IMG/VR virus record: IMGVR_UViG_3300034069_000147
Location: 1-48,795 of that record
Reading direction: 5' to 3' (one strand)
DNA length: 48,795 nucleotides
Source of the DNA: a virus
Part shown: positions 1 through 8,063 of the stretch, piece by piece
Numbering within the stretch: the stretch's first letter is position 1
How the letters are laid out: every line of letters begins with the position of its first letter
The notes under the pieces: model-generated
Seen by the model: only the letters and a program-made list of their open reading frames with translations
Told to the model about the DNA's origin: nothing
Databases searched by the model: none
Program-made: the position numbers and the translations under genes

Positions 1-141
1 CAGAAACTTACGTCGATCATGGGCGAGACGAAGAAGGTTCGCCCAGGCTATGACGTGCGCGTCGACATGAAGGATGACGAAACGCACGTCGAGTTTCGAA
101 CCCGGTTGGCAATTTCGCCGTATATCGATGCCGATCATCGC
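1..141. repeat. Terminal direct repeat, identical to 48655-48795 (circular closure or terminal redundancy)
   Basis: Base-by-base reading: cagaaacttacgtcgatcatgggcgag...gccgatcatcgc occurs at both ends of the window. Confidence 0.95.
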
Positions 142-312
142 GGCGGCCATTTGGCTTACGGGTTCATCCCCACAGTCAAGTCGCACGTCGAGCCGGCCGA
201 CGCGGAGGCGGCAGCGCGTGAAATCAAAGGCGAAGTTGTCACAAGCGACGGACAACGTTTTGAGGGCGTTGTTGCTCGCGAAATCCGCGACGCAATCGAT
301 CGGAGCGCATAA
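1..312 (+). CDS. 3' part of a wrap-around hypothetical protein gene (starts at 48337; 209 aa on the closed circle)
   Basis: The reading frame is open from position 1 (QKLTSIMGETKK...) to TAA at 310-312. The same frame is open from ATG 48337 to the window end. Confidence 0.7.
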   Translation, partial: QKLTSIMGETKKVRPGYDVRVDMKDDETHVEFRTRLAISPYIDADHRGGHLAYGFIPTVKSHVEPADAEAAAREIKGEVVTSDGQRFEGVVAREIRDAIDRSA

Positions 313-314
313 CT

Positions 315-431
315 ATGAAGGCCAAGAGCGACACGCTACCGCCAAGCCTGAAGTGCCCGCGCTGTGGCCGGCATGGCTTCAGCAAGTATTCTCTCAAGCG
401 TCATAAGGAATTCTGCAATGGCGACGGTTGA
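315..431 (+). CDS. 38-aa miniprotein with a C2HC zinc-finger-like motif
   Basis: ATG 315 lies 9 nt after GGAG. Product is MKAKSDTLPPSLKCPRCGRHGFSKYSLKRHKEFCNGDG, with spacing C-x2-C-x12-H-x3-C. It is below the ORF-track size cutoff. Confidence 0.35.
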   Translation: MKAKSDTLPPSLKCPRCGRHGFSKYSLKRHKEFCNGDG

Positions 432-645
432 ACCGTGCTTCGATTGCGGCACGACAAAGAGCGTGTCGCAATACAATTCGCGGGAAGTGCCGCTTGGCTT
501 CTTTCGCCGGCTATTGACCGGGCAGAAAGTGGAACGCCGCCGATTTCCCGGCTTTCTTTGTGTTCCGTGTTGGATGGCCGCCAACCCGGTTCTATTCCCT
601 AACCGGCTAGTGGAGGAAATTCGATATGGCGAAGGCAACAGCTAG
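418..645 (+). CDS. 75-aa hypothetical protein with two CxxC pairs (zinc-ribbon-like)
   Basis: Internal ATG of the ORF 364..645, preceded by AAGGA. Product is MATVEPCFDCGTT...FLCVPCW. It runs in the same direction as its neighbours. Confidence 0.45.
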   Translation: MATVEPCFDCGTTKSVSQYNSREVPLGFFRRLLTGQKVERRRFPGFLCVPCWMAANPVLFPNRLVEEIRYGEGNS

Positions 646-814
646 CGAAGCTTATCAGGCGCCGGGCGCGCCGCCCCGGATCGTCGGATATATGACGACG
701 CGCATTCTTCATACGGAGCGCGAAGCCTTGCTCGATGACGGCGAGGGAATGACGATCGGCAACATGGTCGACCGGCAAATCGACAGGATCATGAAAGACC
801 CGTTCGAAGGCTAA
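626..814 (+). CDS. Hypothetical protein, 62 aa
   Basis: ORF 626..814 is preceded by GGAGGAAATTCGAT. Its stop overlaps the stop of the convergent primase gene. Confidence 0.55.
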   Translation: MAKATASEAYQAPGAPPRIVGYMTTRILHTEREALLDDGEGMTIGNMVDRQIDRIMKDPFEG

Positions 815-3189
815 GCTTCAGTCTCCGGCATGAAATGGGCCGCGTTCGCCACCACAAAGGCGCGCGGCCCTTTGCCGAATTGAGCTTGCATTTGTTGCTT
901 CGGCATTTCCCTTAAATCGTCGGCGTCGAGCAAGAGCTTTAGCGTGCGCTTCAGCGCCGCTGTAGGGCCTAGCTTGTCATGCTTGAAGCTCGCCAGATTG
1001 ATCGTGCGCCGGCTTATATGCCCTTCGGTTATCACGCCCATGCGGTGCATTTCCTCGCTACCGCCATATTTGACCATCTTCGCCCAAGGGCTGTGAATAT
1101 AGCTCGATATGATCGATACCACGTCGGTTAGTTGTTTGTTCTCCGAACCTTCCAAGTGGCCGACTAAGCCGGTTTCGAACTTGGCAATGAGACGTTCGGT
1201 TTGACCGACAACGATATCGACGGCCCAACGAAATTCATTCATCGTGATAAGCGGGGAATGAAGGTTGATGCCCACAGCACAGACGGCGGCGAGCTTCAGC
1301 GCCTTTAGGTGCGCGCGGTTCCACAAGTGCCGGATATTTTCGGTATTGGCTTCGTTGATTTGATCCGTTGTCCAATACTCGAATTCGCGGAAAGCCTTCG
1401 TGGCCTCCGCGTCCATAGGAACATCGTGGATATTGCCATTGTGGGCAAGCGTAAGAGCCGTGCCGCATAGATCGCCAACCTTTTGAATAAGGTCGATCGA
1501 GGGCCGCACAGCCGCCGCGTTCTCATTCAGATATAGCCGCTTGCCGGTATATTCGAACATTAGGAAGCGCGGGATCAAGCCCGAAGATATCATGTTTTCG
1601 TCGAGCATGGCATAGAAGCGTTCGGGAACGCTTTCGCCGATTAACGTCAATGATGGCGACAGGATCGGATTGGTATTCTTTTCTTTGTCGCTGTAGGCGA
1701 TGGGATCGAACACGTTGCCGCGTCCGCTCTTGCTGTATAGCTGCAATAGGACGCGCTCTAGGCCGGCGACGTGCGCGTTGGCGTATGGGCTGGCCATTTC
1801 CTTCAGCTTGACGCCGAATTCGCCTAGTAGCGACAGCACAGCCGGTTTGCGGTCAAGCCATTTGATTAGGCCAGCCGAGCTAACAAGTTCGCCGGGGCCA
1901 CGGAAGTCGCCAGCCGCCGGAACATTCTTCGCGACTTCGCCCATAAGCCGGCCGATGCCGGTATGGATCGCGTCTTTGCCGTCTCCCGTCTTGGCGAGAT
2001 ATAGCATATATTGATTTAGTCCCTGCCCGGAGACGTTGAACGCGCGTCCACATATCGCCGACATAAGCGCGATCGAGCCCGCCAAGCCGGCGTCGGCTAC
2101 CGGCCGGGGCGAGGCGTCCAAGAGGAATTGCGCGATCTGCCCTAGCAGCCCCGGAGGAAACGGGTTGACGGCCCCGGTGATCGAGGGCACGCCATCGTCA
2201 GCCCTACAGCGCGGCTCCGGCCCGGTTGGGTTAGGGGCGGCGGCGGTTCCGCCCGGTTCAGCCGTCGCCCCGTTAGCAGCCGCCCTAGACGCCATGATAG
2301 CGTTGAATACGTTGTCGAGATTGACCGGCGGCAACTGCCGATCGAACGACTTGCGTATCATATAGCCAAGATAATCGTCGCGCTGTGCCTTGTCCCGTTG
2401 GCCAAGTGCGCTTTGACGAAAGATGCGGGCTATCTGTGCGCTATTTTGGGTATAGAACGCGATGATATCGACAAGGGCAAAGTCGGCTTCGGATTGGCTG
2501 CTATACTGCCCCGACCAATTGCCGTTATAGAGCGTGTTGAACTTGTCGCCGTTCATTGCTGACAAAGCAATGCCGACGATATCTTCGTCTGACTTCTCTT
2601 GCGGCTTCTCGGCAAACGAAAAATCTTCGTTTTTCTCGCCGCCCATTTCTTCAAACAAGATATCGAGCTTGTCTTGCCGCTCCGCAATCGGTGCCGGCCA
2701 ATGGACGTTGCCCGTCATCGTGGCATAGCGTTCGGACGTATAGACTTCGATATCAGCCCGGCGCCTACCGTGGGGAAGCTTGCCTTTGATGATGATATGA
2801 AGGCCGGTGCCCGATGGGCTTAATTCGCTATAACTGTTAAATTCGCCGAACACTTTCATTTGCACGGCGAACGCTTCGGCGTCGCCATGCGTGTCGTCTA
2901 GATCGATGAAGCCATAAGGATCGTCATCGGTAAAGACGAAGCCAATGCCGCTGAAGCCGGTTTGAGCTACAGGCAAAAGCGGATCGCAAGGTTCTTTGCA
3001 AGTGAACGGAGCGCGGATCGCATCGGCGTAAGAGCCCCACGTCGCCCTATCGGTAACGCTGGCCTTCGTTCCGCCGGGACGCGGAGCATAGGGAACTTTC
3101 GTTGGCTTCGCGCCTTCGCGCAATTCCAAACGCCAGACAACCCATTGATCTAGTTCCCGCAATTCAGCGGGAATATTGCCAAAATTCAT
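811..3189 (-). CDS. Bifunctional primase-polymerase (prim-pol) fused to a D5/DUF3987-like NTPase (replicative primase/helicase)
   Basis: Long ORF. N-terminal prim-pol motifs are FIDLDDTH (DxD) and SPSGTGLHIII. The C-terminal half carries a Walker-A-like AKTGDGKD. ATG 3189 overlaps the stop of the upstream HTH gene (ATGA); the ORF track extends to 3219. Confidence 0.85.
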   Translation of the reverse strand: MNFGNIPAELRELDQWVVWRLELREGAKPTKVPYAPRPGGTKASVTDRATWGSYADAIRAPFTCKEPCDPLLPVAQTGFSGIGFVFTDDDPYGFIDLDDTHGDAEAFAVQMKVFGEFNSYSELSPSGTGLHIIIKGKLPHGRRRADIEVYTSERYATMTGNVHWPAPIAERQDKLDILFEEMGGEKNEDFSFAEKPQEKSDEDIVGIALSAMNGDKFNTLYNGNWSGQYSSQSEADFALVDIIAFYTQNSAQIARIFRQSALGQRDKAQRDDYLGYMIRKSFDRQLPPVNLDNVFNAIMASRAAANGATAEPGGTAAAPNPTGPEPRCRADDGVPSITGAVNPFPPGLLGQIAQFLLDASPRPVADAGLAGSIALMSAICGRAFNVSGQGLNQYMLYLAKTGDGKDAIHTGIGRLMGEVAKNVPAAGDFRGPGELVSSAGLIKWLDRKPAVLSLLGEFGVKLKEMASPYANAHVAGLERVLLQLYSKSGRGNVFDPIAYSDKEKNTNPILSPSLTLIGESVPERFYAMLDENMISSGLIPRFLMFEYTGKRLYLNENAAAVRPSIDLIQKVGDLCGTALTLAHNGNIHDVPMDAEATKAFREFEYWTTDQINEANTENIRHLWNRAHLKALKLAAVCAVGINLHSPLITMNEFRWAVDIVVGQTERLIAKFETGLVGHLEGSENKQLTDVVSIISSYIHSPWAKMVKYGGSEEMHRMGVITEGHISRRTINLASFKHDKLGPTAALKRTLKLLLDADDLREMPKQQMQAQFGKGPRAFVVANAAHFMPETEA

Positions 3190-3383
3190 AGCTCCACAGT
3201 CTTGCCCGAAAGAACGCAATATAGACGCTCAATTTTATTGACGCCGGGCTCTTTGATTTGACCGTTGCACAACGCGCGAAGCCATGCCGGCGTCACGTCG
3301 ATTTCTTTTGCGATACGCGGCCATTCCTTCGACGCCGTCATATCGAGCAACACTAAAGTTGCCCTTAAAAGTTCGGAAGTCAT
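3186..3383 (-). CDS. Cro/CI-type helix-turn-helix transcriptional regulator, 65 aa
   Basis: Product is MTSELLRATLVLLDMTASKEWPRIAKEIDVTPAWLRALCNGQ...; it is small and HTH-like. It is the first gene of a divergent pair and is translationally coupled to the primase. Confidence 0.6.
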   Translation of the reverse strand: MTSELLRATLVLLDMTASKEWPRIAKEIDVTPAWLRALCNGQIKEPGVNKIERLYCVLSGKTVEL

Positions 3384-3446
3384 GCGTTCGCCCGGTTCGG
3401 ATCGATGATCGCGGGCATGGCTGGCACGATCGCTCGACGCGAGCAA

Positions 3447-3474
3447 GCCCCGAAAAATTATTTTACTTCCGGGG
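3447..3474. promoter_or_regulatory. AT-rich palindromic patch in the divergent intergenic region (candidate operator/promoter core)
   Basis: CCCCGAAAAATTATTTTACTTCCGGGG is the only AT-rich stretch between the divergent HTH gene and the replication operon. It contains AAAAT-T-ATTTT and flanking CCCCG/CGGGG. Confidence 0.3.
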
Positions 3475-3592
3475 TTGCGCGGCGATCGAGGCCGCGCCTA
3501 TCGTCCCGCGTCGATCCGGTTGGGCTTTCGTCGGCGACTTCCCGGTTGCCCACATTCCGGCCGGATCGGCATAACCGGGCGAAAGGTTCAAC

Positions 3593-4207
3593 ATGACAGA
3601 CGAAACCGAAGGCTGGCCAAGCATGGCCGGCATTGGCCACAACTCCGGCGAAGTTGCCGTCGAGACGCCGGCCACATACGAAATCAAGTATAAGGGCCAG
3701 CCTGCCACCGAAGAACCCGAACACTTCCGATTGCGTCGCAATCACGAATTGCAAACTTGGCTTAATGCCAAGCCCGTCTTGGCGGAGGCGACGAAGAACG
3801 AACGCGAGCTTCGCGACCGTATAACGGCAACATGCTTCCCGAACCCGACGAAGGGCACGCAACGCTATGACATGGGCGGCGGCTATAAGCTGAAGCTCGT
3901 TCACGGCTTCGGTTATACACTCGGCAACAAGGAAGCCGTCGACGCCGACGATAAGAAAATCTCTATCGCAGCACAGATTGGCGCGCTCGAAGAAGCGATC
4001 GCCAATGAGTTAGGCGAAGACGGCACGCGCGTCTTCGAACGTCTCGTTTCGTGGAAGCCGGAGCTTTCCGGTTCCGAATGGGAAAAGCTCGCACAAGACG
4101 CCAACGCCAGCGCCGTCGAAATCGAAGTCGTGAAGCGTATTGGCGAAGTGCTGACGGTGAAGCCGGCGGCCCCGCAACTGACATTCGAGGAACCGAAAGC
4201 AACGTGA
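3593..4207 (+). CDS. Hypothetical protein, 204 aa (first gene of the replication operon)
   Basis: ORF preceded by GAAAGG, with N-terminal AGIGHNSG motif. The stop overlaps the next start (GTGA). Confidence 0.7.
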   Translation: MTDETEGWPSMAGIGHNSGEVAVETPATYEIKYKGQPATEEPEHFRLRRNHELQTWLNAKPVLAEATKNERELRDRITATCFPNPTKGTQRYDMGGGYKLKLVHGFGYTLGNKEAVDADDKKISIAAQIGALEEAIANELGEDGTRVFERLVSWKPELSGSEWEKLAQDANASAVEIEVVKRIGEVLTVKPAAPQLTFEEPKAT

Positions 4208-4521
4208 CGAAGCTTTCGCTATTCGAACGAATGTCATACATTGCGAGGAACCCAACCGTGCCCATCGAACTATTCCATGCGATCGACGACGGCCAAGCCA
4301 TCGTTCGCAAGCCGAAAGGCGTCTTCGTTCAAGCCAAGCTTTACAAGCGCGGCACGCAAGTCTTCGTCGCGGCTGGCGGCGGCTTCCTGCGAATATGCAC
4401 GAAGTTCGGCGATAGCTATGGCACGTCGCATCCCGACTATAAAGTGCTAGAGCTTGCGGGCTCCGGCGTCGTTCTAAAGAACAACGAGGCGCCGAAGATG
4501 GCGTCCGGTTGGGGCTCCTGA
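4204..4521 (+). CDS. Hypothetical protein, about 105 aa
   Basis: GTG 4204 overlaps the upstream stop (GTGA); an alternative ATG is at 4231. It ends TGATG-coupled to the next gene. The track ORF 4051..4521 is the same frame. Confidence 0.55.
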   Translation: MTKLSLFERMSYIARNPTVPIELFHAIDDGQAIVRKPKGVFVQAKLYKRGTQVFVAAGGGFLRICTKFGDSYGTSHPDYKVLELAGSGVVLKNNEAPKMASGWGS

Positions 4522-4769
4522 TGCTCGCGCCGCTTCGTCTTAGCGTCGACCATGACGATCCGCATTTCGACCCGATCGCGTATGACGGGCGCTTGAACGT
4601 CACGCTTAACGGCGTGCCGGTGAAGCTGGCCACGGCCTATGATCGTGTCGAAGGTTGGGTCGAAGTCATTAAGACTGATGACGCCGGCAAGATTGTCTTC
4701 GATTATGCCAATGAGTGCGCCGTTACTGTGCGCGTTCGTGGCGTCGTCTCCGCATGGATAAAGGATTAA
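4521..4769 (+). CDS. Hypothetical protein, 82 aa
   Basis: ATG 4521 overlaps the preceding TGA; TAA at 4767-4769 lies just before the next gene. Confidence 0.6.
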   Translation: MLAPLRLSVDHDDPHFDPIAYDGRLNVTLNGVPVKLATAYDRVEGWVEVIKTDDAGKIVFDYANECAVTVRVRGVVSAWIKD

Positions 4770-4771
4770 AC

Positions 4772-5671
4772 ATGGCCGCTCCGCAATCGATCCTTGGCGC
4801 TATCTCGCAAGGCACTTCTCGTCAAGCTGGCCAACGGATCGTTTTGGCCGGCGCGGAGAAAGTCGGCAAGACAACGCTGGCGTGCGGAGCGCCCGGCGCG
4901 CTGCTAGTGCCGCTCGAAATGGGTTATGGTGCGATGAAGGTGCCGCAAGTTCCGCTCTTGGAACATTGGGAGCAAATCGAACAACTGTGCGAGGAACTTC
5001 TAGCCGGCGCCAAAGCCGGCCGGATCGCCCCCGGTAGCTCGATCATATGGGATAGCGCCACCGCTTTGGAGCGGGCTATTCATAATAAGTGTCTTCGTCT
5101 CGATCCGTCGTTCAAGGCCGGCAATGCGACCGGCCTTACGATGGAAAGCGCCCTTGGCGCCTATGGTAAGGCGTACAATGTCGCCAACGATTTGTTCGGC
5201 CGTTGGACGCGCTACATGGACGAACTAGCCAAATATGGCGGCGTGAATTGCATCGTGACTTGCCACGTTTTCGCGGCTCCGGTGATCGATCCCGCTTATG
5301 GTGAATATACCACTTGGGATTTGCTCTTGCATTCCCCGAAGAATTCCAAGACTTACGGCAAGCGCGAGTTTATCACGCAATGGGCCGATATGGTCGGCTT
5401 TCTTCATGAACCCATGTTCGTGCAAAAGGCCGAAGAAGGCGCCAAGTTGAACCGCGCGGTGAACGCCGGGCAGGGGCGCCAACTCGCCGTCGAGCGTCAA
5501 CCCGGTTGGGTTGCCGGCAATCGCTATAACATGACGGGCCTTGTGCCGATCCCGAAGCCGCCGGAGAATACGCAACTGACGCCCAACATCTTGGGCGGCG
5601 CGTGGAACTATCTGGCGCACGCGATTTACGGCGCGAGCGGCATCGATGTTTTCAACCGGAGTGTCAGCTAA
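4772..5671 (+). CDS. AAA_24/RecA-like P-loop ATPase (phage recombination/replication ATPase)
   Basis: Walker A is LAGAEKVGKTT and Walker-B-like is SSIIWDSA. AAGGA precedes ATG 4772. The gene sits in the usual neighbourhood with DUF669-like and PD-(D/E)XK genes. Confidence 0.75.
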   Translation: MAAPQSILGAISQGTSRQAGQRIVLAGAEKVGKTTLACGAPGALLVPLEMGYGAMKVPQVPLLEHWEQIEQLCEELLAGAKAGRIAPGSSIIWDSATALERAIHNKCLRLDPSFKAGNATGLTMESALGAYGKAYNVANDLFGRWTRYMDELAKYGGVNCIVTCHVFAAPVIDPAYGEYTTWDLLLHSPKNSKTYGKREFITQWADMVGFLHEPMFVQKAEEGAKLNRAVNAGQGRQLAVERQPGWVAGNRYNMTGLVPIPKPPENTQLTPNILGGAWNYLAHAIYGASGIDVFNRSVS

Positions 5672-5937
5672 TGGCCGAAGAACAACTCGAATTGGATTGC
5701 TACCACAAGGCGGAGGAAGGCGAGGCCAAGTTCACGCTACTGGCGCGCGATCCGACCGGGCCGTCAATGGTCCGACTGTGGGCTGCAATTCGCGAGGCGG
5801 ATTATAAGCAAGCCGTTGTCGAATTCTCCAATCTCGTTACGGTCGCCGAACGCCACTATGAAGGCGATCCGACGAACGAAACGAAGATCGCTTCCGCCCT
5901 TACCATCGCCGAAAAAATGGAGCGGTGGGCGCAATAA
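5671..5937 (+). CDS. Hypothetical protein, 88 aa
   Basis: TAATG coupling at both ends. Product is MAEEQLELDCYHKAEEGEAKFTLLARDP... Confidence 0.6.
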   Translation: MAEEQLELDCYHKAEEGEAKFTLLARDPTGPSMVRLWAAIREADYKQAVVEFSNLVTVAERHYEGDPTNETKIASALTIAEKMERWAQ

Positions 5938-6902
5938 TGCGTGGATGCGGGACAGTCTTTAAGGGGCTATCCCCACAGCAACGGGAGACGTTGAAGCAAA
6001 TCGAAGGGTTAGCGGCCCGGCTGCGGCGACAAGCCGAAGCTCTTGACTATGCGGTGGCATCCTGTCTTCGTAACGAAACAACGGAAGGATTAGACGAAAT
6101 GGTCGCAATGTCGTTCAACGCGCAACAGCATACGCCGTCATATGGCGGTGGTGGCGGGTTGCCCGCCGGCCCCAACGGGGAGCCGGTGAGATACAAGGTT
6201 ATGATCGTCGACAGTCACGGCGAAAATACGAAGGATAACTTCGGCAACGTGAAGGGCGGCTATCTGGCGCTCGAACTCGCGTCGATCGAGGGTCCGACCC
6301 AAGGCACGCGCCAGACGGACCGGCTCAATCTTCACCACACGAACCCGAAGGTCGTCGAAATCGCCAACAAGCAATTGTCGGCGTATTGCCACGTTCTCGG
6401 CCGGTTCCAATTCAACGATACGGCGGAGCTTCACAATATTCCGTTTATCGTCGAAATCGGGCTTCAGAAGGCGCCCAACGAAAACGGCTATACCGAAGTG
6501 AAGGGCATCTTCGATATCAACGGCAACGAGCCCGGCAAAGCCGGCGGCGGCGCGGGCGGCCCTCCGGCTGGCGCGGCTCCGCCTCCCCCGGCTGGCCAGC
6601 CCCCGGCCGGTGGCGTCGCGCCCGCTGGCAACGGTTGGGGCGGCCCGCCTCCCGGTGCCGGCCCCGGCGCTCCGGCGGCCAATTCGCAGCCGCCCGCGCA
6701 CGGTGGCGGTTGGGGCGGGCCTCCCGCTGGCGGGCCGCCTGCGGGCGCTCCGGGCGGCGCTCCGCCGGCTGGCGGTGGATGGGGCGGGCCTCCGGCCGGT
6801 GGCCCTCCGGCGGGCGCTCCGTCGGCCGGTGGCGCGGGTTGGGGAGGCCCCCCGGCGGGTGGGCCTCCGGCCGGTGGTGCCGGATGGGGCGCGCCTTCCT
6901 GA
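5937..6902 (+). CDS. DUF669-like single-stranded-DNA-binding protein with a Gly/Pro/Trp-rich repetitive tail
   Basis: The core (MSFNAQQ...YKVMIVDS...NLHHTNPKVVEIANKQL) resembles phage DUF669 SSBs. The C-terminal ~120 aa are GWGGPPAGGPPAG-type repeats. The start is uncertain: 5937 is TAATG-coupled, 6099 follows GGAAGGA, and 6108 is a third option. Confidence 0.6.
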   Translation: MRGCGTVFKGLSPQQRETLKQIEGLAARLRRQAEALDYAVASCLRNETTEGLDEMVAMSFNAQQHTPSYGGGGGLPAGPNGEPVRYKVMIVDSHGENTKDNFGNVKGGYLALELASIEGPTQGTRQTDRLNLHHTNPKVVEIANKQLSAYCHVLGRFQFNDTAELHNIPFIVEIGLQKAPNENGYTEVKGIFDINGNEPGKAGGGAGGPPAGAAPPPPAGQPPAGGVAPAGNGWGGPPPGAGPGAPAANSQPPAHGGGWGGPPAGGPPAGAPGGAPPAGGGWGGPPAGGPPAGAPSAGGAGWGGPPAGGPPAGGAGWGAPS

Positions 6903-6910
6903 AGACGATC

Positions 6911-6942
6911 GGGGGCGGTTCACGCCGCCCCCGGCGTTTTGT
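6911..6942 (+). terminator. Rho-independent terminator after the SSB gene
   Basis: GGGGGCGG-ttcacg-CCGCCCCC stem followed by GGCGTTTTGTT. Confidence 0.6.
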
Positions 6943-7115
6943 TGGAGCGTGCGAAGGTAATTAGGAAGTTTGAACCTTGCTTTCTAGGTCAATGCTTCGG
7001 CTTAGCTGGCTGATCGGCTAAAACCCCCCGGTCGATCAAATAGCGATAATAGCCGGCCGGTGGCTCCCTGTTACGCCGGTAAACGCACGTTCCTACCAAA
7101 CGCCGGGATCAATCA

Positions 7116-8063
7116 ATGAACCTTATCGCTGAAGCGCCAAGGCAACTTGATTTGGCGGACGCTTACGATCGCAAAAAGCTTGTCTTACAGATACAAGCCG
7201 ACGTTGACGCATTCTGCCGAGCGGAGTTTGCCGAAGACCCGCGAACCCATCTTGGCGCCTCGATCATAGGCCACGATTGCCAAGCTTACGCTTGGAACAC
7301 GTTTCGATGGCTGAAGTTCGAAGAAGCGAGCGGCCAGCAACTCCGCCTTTTCAACCGTGGGCATCTTGAAGAAGCTCGCTTCGTCCGTTGGCTGCAAGGC
7401 ATTGGCTTCGAAGTTCGGGAAGTCGACCCCGACACACAAAAGCAATTCAGGATTGTTGGCGCCAAAGGGCACTTTGGCGGATCGCTCGACAGTCTGATGA
7501 AGCCGCCGGCTCGCTACGGCTTGCCGGTGGAACTTGTATGGCTTGGCGAATTCAAGACGCACAACGAGAAAAGCTTCGCAAAGCTCGCCGGAGCAAAGCC
7601 GGCGTGGAAGAACATGGGCAAGCCGCGCTCCGGTGGCGATGGCGTCTTCAAGTCGAAGCCGATGCACTTCAAACAAATGTCGAGCTATGGGCGTGCCTAT
7701 AACTTGCCATATGGCCTTTACTGTGCCGTCAACAAAGATACCGACGAACTATATTTCGAGATTGTTACGCTCGATTTCAGGCAAGCCGACGATCTATTTC
7801 GCAAAGCGGAAGGCGTCGTCTTCAGCCGAACCCGGCCACCGAAGATTGCCAATACTGAAAGCTTCTTCGACTGTAAGAATTGTAATTTTGCCGGCCTTTG
7901 CCATCGTGGCGAAGAACCGACGAAGAATTGCCGCTCTTGCACGCACGCCGTTCCCGTCGACGAAGCCGGGTGGTGGTGCGAGCTTCACAGCCCCGAAGCC
8001 AACGCCAACATTCCCAAAGACGTTATTCCGGTCGGTTGCCCAAGTTGGACGCGCATAGCGTGA
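7116..8063 (+). CDS. PD-(D/E)XK nuclease of the Cas4/RecB-like type with a C-terminal Cys cluster
   Basis: Motifs are GGSLDSL ... LGEFKTH (D...ExK), QMSSYGRAY (QxxxY), and the Cys cluster CKNCNFAGLC / CRSCTH. Confidence 0.75.
   Translation: MNLIAEAPRQLDLADAYDRKKLVLQIQADVDAFCRAEFAEDPRTHLGASIIGHDCQAYAWNTFRWLKFEEASGQQLRLFNRGHLEEARFVRWLQGIGFEVREVDPDTQKQFRIVGAKGHFGGSLDSLMKPPARYGLPVELVWLGEFKTHNEKSFAKLAGAKPAWKNMGKPRSGGDGVFKSKPMHFKQMSSYGRAYNLPYGLYCAVNKDTDELYFEIVTLDFRQADDLFRKAEGVVFSRTRPPKIANTESFFDCKNCNFAGLCHRGEEPTKNCRSCTHAVPVDEAGWWCELHSPEANANIPKDVIPVGCPSWTRIA

Noticed and set aside
336-638. 100-aa minus-strand ORF opposite the zinc-finger ORFs
   Set aside because: The flanking genes are plus-strand and SD-like sequences precede the plus-strand starts. 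The minus product is Arg/Ser-rich. It cannot be excluded without expression data.
6530-6900. GC-rich quasi-tandem nucleotide repeats considered as a possible CRISPR or VNTR-type array
   Set aside because: The repeats are imperfect, lack unique spacers, and are in frame within the SSB ORF, where they encode GWGGPPAG units.
6138-6923. 261-aa minus-strand ORF (Arg/Ala/Thr/Gly-rich) opposite the SSB gene
   Set aside because: It is a shadow ORF. It is antisense to a GC-rich repetitive coding region with strong gene context, has a low-complexity Arg-rich product, and has no RBS or operon logic.
7898-8059. 5' extension of the helicase ORF in the track (start 7898), overlapping the nuclease gene by about 165 nt
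   Set aside because: The extension is Arg/Ser-rich and lies inside the nuclease coding frame. GTG 8060, overlapping the nuclease stop, gives a protein that starts right at helicase motif Q/I.
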